Shown here: positions 15,374 through 27,980 of the stretch, one piece after another
How positions within the stretch are numbered: the first letter of the stretch is position 1
How the letters are laid out: each line of letters begins with the position of its first letter
Assembly: GCA_965285935.1 (NCBI GenBank)
Contig: OZ260664.1
Coordinates: 69,626,001 to 69,690,000, forward strand
Direction: 5' to 3'
Origin: Ophelia neglecta
Taxonomy: Eukaryota
Length of the DNA stretch: 64,000 bases
Notes under the pieces: model-generated
Seen by the model: only the letters and a program-made list of their open reading frames with translations
What the model was told of the DNA's origin: nothing
Databases searched by the model: none
Program-made: the position numbers and the translations under genes

Positions 15374-18300
15374 GACAAAATAAACATTCTTCAAGTTGAT
15401 TCAAGTACAATACACGATTTGAGTACGTGTGTAGTCAAATAGGATTCTATAGAGCACAAAGAGAGTCAACCGATGCTTATCATCTTCAATCTATGTGTTC
15501 AGGAACTAGCTGTGATTCAGTTAACATCAATACATGAACACGTTATTCTCCGTGCATTTAAACGATAGTGTTTCCTACTCCACTCTACTCGGCTCTTGGT
15601 CTACGGTATTGGGTAATATCTGAGACTGTTCAGTGATGAGACTGGTGTAACCACCATCCTCCCGAAATCAATTTTAAACTATCGCTATCCTATATTATTG
15701 TATGGAGAAAAAATAGAAAAAAATTAAGCGAGATCAGTATCCGTACCTCGTTATGTGATTCATATACATAGCTATGTTGTCCTACTAAATTTCCATAAAT
15801 TACACTGTAAGACTGGTACCCGGTATATTTTAGCCTTTTGTAAAATCGATATTCTTCCTACACCCAGGGCGCTCTACTGGATAGGAGACTACAGAAGGGT
15901 AACTGCTCAAAGCAGACCGAGTCTGTCAAATCCAGAGGCAACAGTGGTGGGATACGGCTCTGTAAGTACTAATTTGGTAAGAATATATTATCATCATCAA
16001 ACCAAACAGGAAACTTTGAGCTGTTAAGGGGGTTGCATCGAATTTCCTTAATTGAGTTTTCATCAGCTGTTTTTTTTCTGCAAACAAAATATAAGGAAGA
16101 AATGGCAGTTATTGTTTATTGTAAAGTTCCGTAAGATTCATCAGTTTGCCTGATAGCTTACAATTCAGATCATCATGAAGGTTGTTAGTGCACAACCCAA
16201 TACTGGTGTATAATTTTCGATTTAAATCAGATTGGCTTTTAGAAATTCTAAAACATTTCTCTTACACCAAAGCTGTTTTATGTTGTTAAGGACCTGGACT
16301 TGAAGCCATTTGATCCAATTGTGGAGTGTCTTCCATTATCTGGTCACTGTTTAATATATTTCCATCTCCGACACATTTCTTCCCAAGGCAGGAAATGAAC
16401 CTGTCGATCAACAGTGTGCTAAATTGGTGATATATCGGGTTCGACAAAGAAATAATAAATGTTTGGGTTTAAACTTGCAGGCATAAGTAGAACTAGCATA
16501 CAAGCGTTTTGAACAGATGTTTATATGTTAAGATTTGTTTGTATAATTAATTTTATCATATAACTGGTATTTTCTTCTTATAATTCCCAGATACACCATA
16601 TTGCCAGAATCTGTTCTCGTCTTATATCGAATTTAAATAATATATAGAATCTTCCTTAGTCTATCACCTCTAACGGGATGTAACCATTGGCAGACTTGTC
16701 CCTTTCTTAAACAATCAGGCATTGGATTGTCAATATTACCAAAGGCTGATCATCCATAGTCAGCCTTTTATAGTAATAACTATATACCGGAGGCAATCTT
16801 GTTAATTGTGTTCGGTTAAAAGCATACTAGTATCATATTTGGGACGTCTTGTTGGCGCTCTCCTCTGCTTGGAATGTCAGTGTCTTATCTATATATGTGT
16901 TGCTTAGGTCAATTGTCATTTTACTACGTAACTATATCTTGCAGATTTACCTAGGAATGAACAACTCGAGCAGCCGCCTTTTACATGTGTCTTCATTACA
17001 TGAGTAGCACTCTATATAACAGAAATGGCGCTGTCAACCTGTCTCACAAGGAAGTGTCTATATCTACAGGTATTTAGCCCAAGAATGTCATGAAAAAATC
17101 TCTATGGAAGCTCAATATAATAATAAGGAGCGATTTAATTTATGCTTGCTGTGGAAATGTAAACAAATAATCCTGTGCGCACTATAGGTTATACGTCACA
17201 AATCTTTTGGGTTTTTTTTTGCATTTCATATTCAGAAGTAGCCAACTCATTCCAAAAATAGGACATGTGGTTCTTTTTTTGACGCTACGTATGTGGAACA
17301 TTTCGGATCAGTGAAACGATATTATTTTGGAATGACACTATGTTATTTGAACTTTTACTACCATATTTTAGAGACCTCGCAATGAGCCACCTGCAAACAT
17401 GAGCTAACATGATCGTCAAGCCGATGGGTGCCGCTATCAAAGACGAAAGTTGTCGAGGTCGAAGGTCAAGCTTGCACTGTTACTTCCAAATAGTGGATGT
17501 CGCAGTTTGTGTCGTGTACATGTGATTGGTTTAACCAGGCAGTGTTTAACTGCATTTCAATAGACTCTTCAGGTGACCATTTGAATGCATTTGTGTAGTT
17601 TGGACAATGTATGAAGTGAATGCTAATGAAGAGGAACAAATGGCTGAGGGGCTGCTGAAGAAGATGGTGAGTCAACTATCATGAGAGGGAGTAAGGTTGT
17701 TTGCCCCCAGAGGGCAATTCATGGTTTACCCGCAAGGCTAATCCCCTTCAATTTGATGTAAGAACGAATGCTCTTGTATAATTATAAATCAGCCCATCTC
17801 TTTCACTTAATCCACCAAAAGAGACTGTGTTTAGTAGTTGGTCATGTACAGCGGCAATCATGGTGGGGCGAACATCGTGCTGTAGTTGTAATTAAGACTT
17901 ATTGTGGACTAATCAAGAATACACAGATGTCGCCGGAAGGAATGGACAGCCCAACAGACGTGCTAGCTATAACCGCAGAAACTCCACTCTAGCAGCATAT
18001 TATTCTCCATCGAATAATGAACGAAGATAGTGTAACGGTAATTATGTGTTTGGAATAATGTTGAATAGTGAGGTGCATTTCAATTGTTATCAATAAATTG
18101 GTAATTTTATTTTATATACCATAGGATAAATTTCATTATATTATTCCTATTTATATCCCTGTCTGGTTGTGTGGCCATATTATGGCGGAGTGCCTGTAAA
18201 TCATATTGGATCCATAAGGCTGATATGTGGTAACAATCGACTTTCCCATTCTCTGAAGAAAGAATTATAATGGTAGCCAGTTTATATCAATAAAAATTAC

Positions 18301-21095
18301 AAATACTTTTGTAAACTTATGAATGGCCCAACTGTCAATGGTAACTTTCTGGGTTGTTTCTATTTTAACACAATGTACATAACCACGACAGTAAAGTATC
18401 GAGCAACTTGCATTTCCCAAATATTAAGTTTGATGTTATGAAGTGTAATATTGTTTACCAGGGTATATTCTATCACACAATGAGCATAAAGAGTCTACTA
18501 TAACTGCTCTGTGCAATCCTTTAAATTTTCTGTAAGGACTCTGCGTCTGGGCGTGACTGAATGGTGCGTGGCGTCGCGGCCGTGGAGGGCTACGTGAGCT
18601 TTGTGGCTGGATGTGGCCAAGGCGATGGGCTAGGGTCAACGCGTTGCCGGGAGGTTTTGGGCTTTGGGGCTTGCGCCCCTTGGGCAGTAATTGCCTTGAG
18701 GCGTGGCGCCCCTCGGGCATTGGCTTATGCATCAATATATGATTAATTAATACTGTGTCTGATTGTACACATGTGGACTTACTGTTTTATCGGTTATATT
18801 TTGTTTACATTGCCGTGTTCAACTACAGCCAAAACATCATTTATTATTCAGAAACGCATATAAACTGTAAGCTTGTCGCTGTCATTTGTGTAATTGTTTG
18901 CAACACCTTATAATTTTTGTCAATAAAAGATTAAAATAAAACTAATTCAAAAGCGTCTGTGCTTGACAGAAAACGTGATTCAAATACGACACATTTTGGT
19001 ATCATGAGAAATGTATTCTATCATACGAATGGCTAACATACCTATTGCCAACACTGATCATTTTAATGACATTTATTCACTACTTGTGTTAATGTTAAGT
19101 GTAAAACCAGGGTATATAATTTGACATTAACTGTCAAATATGTTACCTATTTCCCTTAAGTCTTAACAATATTTCTAATTGGACTTATTCCATATAGGTT
19201 TAGTATGATACGAATGATTTTAGACATATAAAAATAAGTTCAGTTACTCGTTCTACAGACCCTTTGGTTATGGTCGCGGTTCTAACAACTAGTATTAAAG
19301 TGTAGACTAATAGGACGTCCAGCAAATACTCATTGTATGGTGGGGAATCTAAGATGCAACATTTGCAGACTAGCAAAATACTGTGTGATTTGGATTCGGC
19401 TGTATAAGCTTACCCTTCTGACCAGATGAGGTCATGATTATAAGGCAATTTCCATTGTATATGTTAAAGATTTGCTCCGGATTGGTGTAAGTAGACGGGT
19501 CATTGATAGTACCCGCTTAGATTGAACAGATGGCATTAAATCAAACCATGGATTACTGCTGACTTTAGGGCTAATTTGTGTTATGAGGGGAGTTATAACT
19601 TGCTTAATGAATTTATGTCACGCCGGAAAAATGGGATGTCATCGTAGGAACACTGCATACAATTGAATATCCTAATGAATGGCATCCTCATTATGATGGA
19701 GAAGACCTACAGTTGCATGTAAAATACTTCTTTCCGCGCGAGTGGTATAGGCAGACATTGTCTCTTCTAGTATGTGATGATATTGAGGGTACAACTTGCA
19801 TTTAGCAGCAATGTTGAGGTACATTCAGCGATTTGGTTCATTCTCGCCTATTAAATAGCCCTGATCATTGCACTAGCGGTGTGATAAAAATGGGGTATAC
19901 TTAGTCTATTTAATAATTTAAACCATGGACGAGTGTTTAAATTAAAATACTCTGATTTAAAATGATCTGAGATTTGTCAAACTGCTCTCAAAACATTTTA
20001 AATAATAATAATAATGATAATTATAATAAAAGTATATTGATATTAATTCTTATAATGATCTTAATATTAATACTAGTAATGGACAACTTAAATCCTTTTA
20101 TTTTACGTTTTCTAGTCCATCCTGACCTAATTAGGTGATATTTTATGGACAGCTGCGAGAACACACTGGTTAACTTTTCTGTGTTCCCAGTATCGAGCTA
20201 CATGAATCAAAACTACCACTGGAAGCCAAATTGAGTGATTTCGTATATGAGAAAGAGGTTATGTTTTTTCTTGTGTCTGATGAAAATATTGAGTATTTTA
20301 AACGCTCAGATTATCCCTTAACGAGTGCAGATATCATCGAATTGCAAAATTGCAGATAGCATGTCAAACAATTAAGCTATATGAACACAAATACGTGGCC
20401 TTCTTGAGAGAAAGAAAAGTGATGTGTTTATTCCCCGCGCCGTGCCTGAAATGCCCGGTATAGCATTTACAACTACTTGAAAACAAATATATATTTATTG
20501 AGCTCTTGCAACAATTGTATGATCACAAATAATATGCGGCCCATTTAGTAATTTGGCAATATTTATAAGGCTTTAGCTTAGCCCCATTACTTGGAGTATT
20601 CTTAATTCCCCGTGGATATTATCTGAGTTTTTTATTAACCGTAAAAAGTTCTCTATTATTTTGAGAATCCACATTGGGTTAGCATCAGTGGTGCGCTTGA
20701 CTAAAAGAAACGTGTTAAGCAAACAAAATGATGAGGGTCCTTTACATCTGCTCCGTCCAATTCTGATGAGAAAACTTAACTTTCTTACAGCGCAAATTTA
20801 AAATGCAATCGTCAATGTCGCTTCCTGCAAAAAAATAAAGTGCTCTTCACAGTCAAGAGACACATATATGACATAAAGGTGTGCTTCATCCACACGGGAT
20901 TGCATTCATACTTTGAGTGAGACACGTGCGTGTGTTTTTTGTAATTGCTGCTTGTTTTCAAGATCCTAAGGTGCCCTACCGGTTTCTTTGGGCAGTCTTT
21001 GACTATCACGCCGAGTGGCGCTCTTGAACCGTTGGTCACTTGTTCATCGTATGAAAGTGCACCGCTAGTGTATGGTAAGGGACAGGCAGAGCTAA

Positions 21096-21390
21096 GGGAC
21101 GGACCATTAGATATCTAGGGGGGGGGGGGGGGGGGGCAGAGAACTTGGCTCTAGTCAGGAAATTTTTTTTCATGAATAAAGTTGACAGAAAAATTTTTTT
21201 CACCAGAATCTGCCAGATTATTTATTTTCTCTATATGATATATTTTTTTACTTGAAAATAATAGGCAGATTATTTTTTTTCATATATTTTCCTGGCAGAT
21301 TATTTATTTTTGAGAAAATCGAAGCCAGAAAATTTATTTTCATTTTTTTCTGCCCCCCCCCCCCCCCCTAGATATCTAATGGTCCGTCCC
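21096..21390. mobile_element. PIF/Harbinger-type MITE (295 bp)
   Basis: TAA TSD at 21093-21095 and 21391-21393. Perfect TIR GGGACGGACCATTAGATATCTA followed by a G-run and CAGA, mirrored at the right end. Internal CAGA(T/A)(T/A)ATTT.TTTT subrepeats. Confidence 0.93.
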
Positions 21391-24300
21391 TAATAATGAA
21401 AGCATTGGCTAACGGCGCATTTATAAAGCAAAGTCGTTTGATCCACTGGTCTTATATTTGTGAGCTGATTGAGGTGATGGTTTTCTTGGTCCGGGTTGTC
21501 TCGTCTAGGTAATCCATCATGCCTGTAGTCTTTGATCTAGGCATCCAATATTAAATAGATATGATGCCTATATCCTAGGCTCTCTTGAGTTCATCTTGGA
21601 ATTGCTATGCATTTTTACAGGTTTCCATTACATACTTATCCCTGTTGTTTCACTACTGAGGAGATTAAACGGGCCTACTCTTTTACTCTTTAGTACGCTG
21701 GGCCCTTTATATACTTGTGTGGTCTTGTGAGACAACTTTATCCTTGCTCTCCACATTTTGATGGAGTATAGCATATTGGAATCTCCTCGGGGTTATTTTA
21801 TCTCTGCCCTACGTTGACCACTTTTTTTGACTGTTTCTTATTGAAAAGAATATCAATTATACAGACGTGAGGCCTAATAATGAATATACTACTTGGATTG
21901 TAATTAGTAGCTTTGAAATACGATGCTTTTTACCATTGACCAAACACGAATAAACTACGCCCAACGACATATTTTGATGTTCCTTTGACGACATGCTACA
22001 TCAATATGTTTTTCTGTTTTTGCAGACCAAGTAGACCATCTGCACCTAATGGTCCCTGGTGACCATAATATACATAGCAGCTTTTAAATTATGTGTACAG
22101 TAGTACTTATGGTGTCGCTCTTCGACAGCCGAAATGTGCCCAGGCGTGAAGTATCCGCTCTTTCAGAACTGTCCCAAACACCGTCTCGATTCTTCATATG
22201 GATAAGAAAAAAAAACCACAATATCCAAAATTACATTAAATGCCTGACAGAAAAAGTTGTTGTGCTAAGGTTCATCAAGCCAATACACAATGTTTTACCG
22301 GAAGAAATGGTGAAAAGGAGAACCGCATTTAAGCCATCGGGGTTTTTCTAATCTTATGGACGGCCTCATGAGTTTTTGAAATAAGGCATGAACTTGACTT
22401 AATTTCATTTTTCGGCAATCCGATCCTGCAGAGCAGGCTGGCCGGTAAGTAGTAGTAGTACCAGATACAAGGCCAGTAATACTCATTAAAGTATCTTTTA
22501 AAAGGAAAAGCCTTTTCTATGCGTCTCTGAACTTCTATTTATTAATGTTTTAAAAAAATTACAGATTACTTATTCTGGAAGATACAATGATCCCCCGGAA
22601 GCGTCACCATGCGTTCCAGAACACTCTCTCAAGACCATTCACCAAACTCGCTGATGTGACGTACCCATCAATTTGCAATTTGAAAATCACATTTCATCAG
22701 GGGACCGTATACTTTTTGGGCCGCTTAGAACTCGGAATATCAAGATAGAAATATCTGTTTCAACTACATATTCCGCACCTAACTTTTGAATACAGCGAGT
22801 TGAACAAGGACAACAACTTCCACTGTACTATTTTAGTAGTTAATTTGTACTTAAAACGTTTGATCTCTTTTTTTAAAATGGCAGTCACGTAAATTTACTC
22901 TCAGAGGATTCAATCCTTCTAGTCTCAAATTGGCAGATTTGACTATGGTATTAACTACTGAAAGCCTAAGAGTAGTGTCATTTGGTTTATTTGTACATTT
23001 GCACTCCAGAAAGAACACATTCAGTAAGTATAAGATATAAACTTCAATGAGGAGACACGTGCCTTTATCGTGTTTAACAACATTGCACCTTTTTAGCGTT
23101 TGAACACTTTTAAACAAGACAAAAGGATACCTTGGTTTTTGGGGATTTAGGTTTTTCCAGTGGTGCGTTCTATTATGGCAACTATTTCTATGATTACCAT
23201 GACTTGCTTTCGGGGGGACAATAGCAGTCGGTAAATTCGATCAAGCTGCATCCAGCCATTTGAAATTCAGCTAATAAATGCTGGGCCGGGACAATTAGAT
23301 CATTGTGCCTCATACATTATTTATTTTATAGTTACGCAATTTAGGAAATGGGACTTATTTGTCCATATCTCCATCTTTTATTTTGACAGAGACATGTGGT
23401 CTATCAGATTCGCTATCATCATTTGCCACCTACTTACGGACAGTTCCACGAACCCTAGATCCGTGAAGGAAGATCAATTTAAATCAAGGACTACCTACTT
23501 TGATAACGGGTTAAGCTTGTATGTTTTGTTCGTGAATAGGTACAAATAAGTCACCTAGCCCAGGCTTCGGGGAGGCGTCTTGATCTACTAAGTAACTGTT
23601 TATCGATTCTGGTAACTGTGCCATAAATATGGATGGTCCAAATACAAATGTTTTAAAGAACTCTTTACCTGAATGAAGCTTATTGTATTCGTTTTCTCCG
23701 TTAATCTCAGTAACGATGGTAATTTACAAATGCTTTAGTTTTCTTTGACCAAAAATAGGCGGTAAGAGCTAGTTAAATAATTGACGTGAAAACTGTTCAT
23801 CGGTGTTTTTGTTCTGTTTAAACAGGAGCACTTAACTTACATGATATTGTGCCAATCAATAACACCCAGAGAGAGCCAGGCGACATACAACAGCGGACAT
23901 TAGCCATCAAACTGATACAGCCTCCAGAACAAAGGAGCTGATTCTGAGAGCACGCTGATCCCTGAAGACTAATATCAATACTACGCCTTTGTTACTAAAA
24001 CCATTGGACGACTTAAGTGAGATTCGTCAAATCTGTTGGGATTATTCAATTTCATTTGATACTATATGATGATTTAACCGGGTTTCTCTTGTTTAAGGTT
24101 ATTACATAGTTTACTCGCTTATTGAATATCAAATTATCCACCATAATGCTAGCTCGAAAAATAAATCAGATTTTAAATTATTTGGCTTAAGAGTGACGGT
24201 AGGTTGGTTCCGAAATGTAGGTCAGTTATCAAATAATGTTCATATTATAGCTGCAATGAAAACAACTGCATTCCCACCAATACTTGAATAATACCCAGAT

Positions 24301-25673
24301 TAACCGCGAGACAGGTAGATGACCACGTGACAAAAGGTGAGGTGATGGTTACTTAAATTATTCTAACAGCTAACACTTTCATCTCGAATTTTCGTTAACA
24401 TTTACGGTGAATGGGGCTTTATGGTGCAGCTTTTAGCTATCTGTAGCTTTAATATTGTCCATTTGACCTTTGCCCTCTAGTATAATTCCTTGGCAATCCA
24501 CGTATAGACACATGAAATATTCAATCATATCCCGGGCTTGTTGTTTCCCTGCAGCTAACGGTTTTCTGATGAATTCCGACAGATTTTTTTTTTCAATATT
24601 ATCGGCTAATAATTTTGCATTGTCTGTCGGGCATCCACATCATTAGCTTTCTTGATTAAACCTTGCCTTTTTCTGAGATACAGAAAAAGGCAGCTTTGAC
24701 CTTTGATACCCTTATAGTGTATCCCTGTGAAGGATTTCATATATATATATACAGCAATATATTTCCGACTGGATTCTCATGCAGCACGCTTTGCGGCTAC
24801 TGTAGAATCGATTTCCTCTCTTCGCTCCGAGCTCGCCACTCGAGCGGAGATTGCCAGGCCAAGAAAGCAACTCGGAACACAGAATCTTGACGCCGACAGC
24901 GCCGGGATCGCGGCAGCTTAACCTTCTCAGTGACGAATTATTATCATCCCAAATTTGAGCATCTTAGTGCATAAGGTCATTTATAAATTGCACCTGATTC
25001 CGCTGATCAAGTCCTAATACGTTCATAATTTGCAAGTGATATGCCTTATATATGCTTTGGCCTTTACTTGATGAGTAAAAATACAAGATAAGCAATTCTT
25101 GTACGAGCATAATGAATTTGTTCAAAAGGTTTCCGATATGTTAAGAAACTCGCATATTAATGCACGAATGTGGCATTGAATGCATCGATATTGTCAATCG
25201 ACTATACTTGGAACTGTTTTGTCAAGTTGCACCGGTGTAAAAATATACACTGCCCACTGAAAAAATATTCCCATGGCCCGGACAATTGAACCTAGGGATA
25301 GAATTTCGGTAAGAAATACTGTCGCTGCAAAAACCTCCCCCACCCCTACCGGATGGTCATAATATATGTTACAGTACAATATGTCCGTCGAACATTAAAT
25401 ACGCGGACAGTATATTTGGGCTCTTCAGTAGTAGTATAAATTGTCCTAGGTTGTCCGCCAGACAGCTCAAACTGGGATAAGGTGTCCCCGGCAAACCTCC
25501 TGTAATGTCATTATCCTAAGGCATCATAAACTGGTTCAAAATTGTCCCACGAACAAATGCTTTTAGCCAGGAATAGCAGTCCTTTCGATATATCGTTAGT
25601 TCTTACCGGAATACTACTCTATATTGTAGACACCATAAAATAAATTGTCATCTGCAATTAATCGCTAGTGTAG

Positions 25674-25735
25674 TGGTCACAACATTCGGGTACAAGTCAG
25701 GGATATCTGTATTGTAGGGGTTCGCTTCTGGTCAA
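25674..25735 (+). mobile_element. Possible degenerate tRNA-derived SINE head
   Basis: A-box-like TAGTGTAGTGG followed about 35 bp later by B-box-like GGTTCGCTTC; no cloverleaf can be built. Confidence 0.3.
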
Positions 25736-26902
25736 AACTTGTAACGTCATATTTTCAATTTATAATGACTGAAATAAATAAATGCACAGGGCCATTTTAT
25801 ACCAGAACTTGTGAAATTCATCTTGATTCACTCCCAATTAAGGAGCAAGACCCAGGCCTTCTACTATGACATATTAGCGATGTTAAAACTGTCAGTTACA
25901 CAAGCATTTTAATATGTATGTTGGAGATGACAGGAGAATATTTTATTGTTTGCATAAGAATTGGTTGATTTATGTCGACTATGGATGGCAACGAATTACT
26001 CGGTCAGATACCCGAAGGCTAGAAAGTTTTGTAATGTGAGTTTTCTTGGCGAAATATGTCCTATAGAAGACCAAACAGTATCAGAAAGCGTCGGATATGG
26101 AGCTTGAGACTACTCTGTGACGAAAGCCACAGACTCGTCTGATGTAGGAGGGTGTAGACGAAACTCGCGCACGAACTAGAATCTTTCAACCGGAAATGCC
26201 TGTTTTTGAAAACAACATTCCATTGGTAGGTTAGTGAGATATATATGTGGGATGAATTATCCCGAAGATTACAGCAGATTACACTTTTTTATCAAAAATA
26301 ATTCAACAACTAGTTGCAGGACAACGTGTGTTATATATCTCAAATAAATATGACAGGTAACCTACCAATACAATGAGCCCTGGCAAAGGAGTCTTCAGGA
26401 AAAATATCCAAAATACGTTGGGCAGACATCTAATAACTGGATTATGGTCTCCTAGCAATGTTAATCCCCCTGGTAGCGGTTTCTTCAGGAGAATCTATCC
26501 ATGCATGTAACTATCTTACAATCTTACCATTGCAGGCACACACCCATAATATGTTGGGAAGGTGCCCAATGTAACTCTACAGGGGACAATTTATACTGAA
26601 CACTGTTTCCCGGGACTTATTTATTTTTCGGGGGATATATAATCTGAACTGAACATCTGAGACTGGTATTGATGGTCTGGTCTGACGGTCTATTCGGATT
26701 AAACTGTCTTTAGGGCAGTTTACTCTAGGATGCTTAGTCCACCAGACAACTTCTACGATGGTCATTCCTCCCTGGTTCGTATGTAAAAGTAGATAACAGT
26801 AATGATAGGCCTTCTTGTCCGTCAACCAAGACATTCCGGTACACGAGGAAGCCGGTTTGGAATTTGGTTCAGTACGTTCCGCGGTCGACAAATACTTATA
26901 TA

Positions 26903-27081
26903 CAGTGAAACCTGTGTTTGTGGTCACCTGTGTAATAAGGTCACCTGCCCACTAAGGTCACTAAATAATTGTTTGATCCCCATTAATGCATATGTTAAAT
27001 GACCTGCCTATTAAGGTCACCTGTGTAATGTGGTCAGTTTATTCCAGTCCCTTGACTGACCTGATTCAACAGGTTCCACTG
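26903..27081. mobile_element. Tc1/mariner (pogo/Tigger-like) MITE (179 bp)
   Basis: TA|CAGTGAAACCTGT ... ACAGGTTCCACTG|TA (12/13 TIR match, TA TSD). Internal GGTCAC(CTG) subrepeats. Confidence 0.9.
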
Positions 27082-27439
27082 TATTTCGTTCCTATTACGG
27101 GTTCTAACGTTATTAGCGATTGGTTTTAAATCAAGGAGTCTTTACAGCTAGCTGACCTTATATTCGAATAATGAACACCGGCGATACCAATTAAATGTGC
27201 CCCAAGTTTTATGGATCAATTTTGTTATTGATTTGTTCTTTGTCCTGGGGAAGTTGTAAACCTTTTATTTACCAAGCAAAGTTGTAAACCTTTCAAGTAT
27301 TAGTTGTAAACCTGTATGGTGTCAGGATGTTCTTGGTCGTTTTACTACAGTTCATATCACGATCAATAACACCGGTAGAATGGATTAATAATGACCAAGT
27401 AACTCGTTGACGAGACTAATGCGTAGGCCTAAAAGTATC

Positions 27440-27980
27440 ACAGGGGGAAATAAAATAAATTTTGAAAATACATTGATATAATTAGGAGAAACATATGAGA
27501 CACGAGAAACACTCAAAGCTCAAAAATACGAATTTAAAGCTCGATATTTCGTTTAGGAGAAACTGAAAAATTGGATGGGGTCTGTCTGCACCTGCGAGAA
27601 AAAACCTTTAAACATGATTTGGTTGCTTGTCCGAAGTTATTATTTTGTGTTCTTTCTCGAAGTTTAGAGTAAAAGATTGCCCAATCTTCAGTTTAAAATC
27701 GAAATCTCATAATTTTCAGTTTTTAAAAGGTTAAAGTTCGAGTTATCTCGAGTTTATCTTACAATTTCGAGCTTTATTTAGACGGAAATGATAAAACTCG
27801 TAATTTTGTGATTTTTGCCGTTAGTTTTTAATTCAAGTTTTTACTTGTAATTCTGAAGTTGAGAAAGACGTAATTTCAAGTTAAGACTCGTATGCTCTTT
27901 TTAATGAATAATATCATTATTTCGAGTCCTTTATGTTAGAACCTATTTCCTCAGAAGTGTATTAATCAGAGTTTATTTCG
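27440..27980. repeat. Degenerate repeat with CTCG../..TTTCGAG subrepeats (probable old DNA-transposon remnant)
   Basis: Many variants of AAGCTCGA/CTCGTAATTT/TTTCGAG, with an A-rich left half and T-rich right half; ends not defined. Confidence 0.4.
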
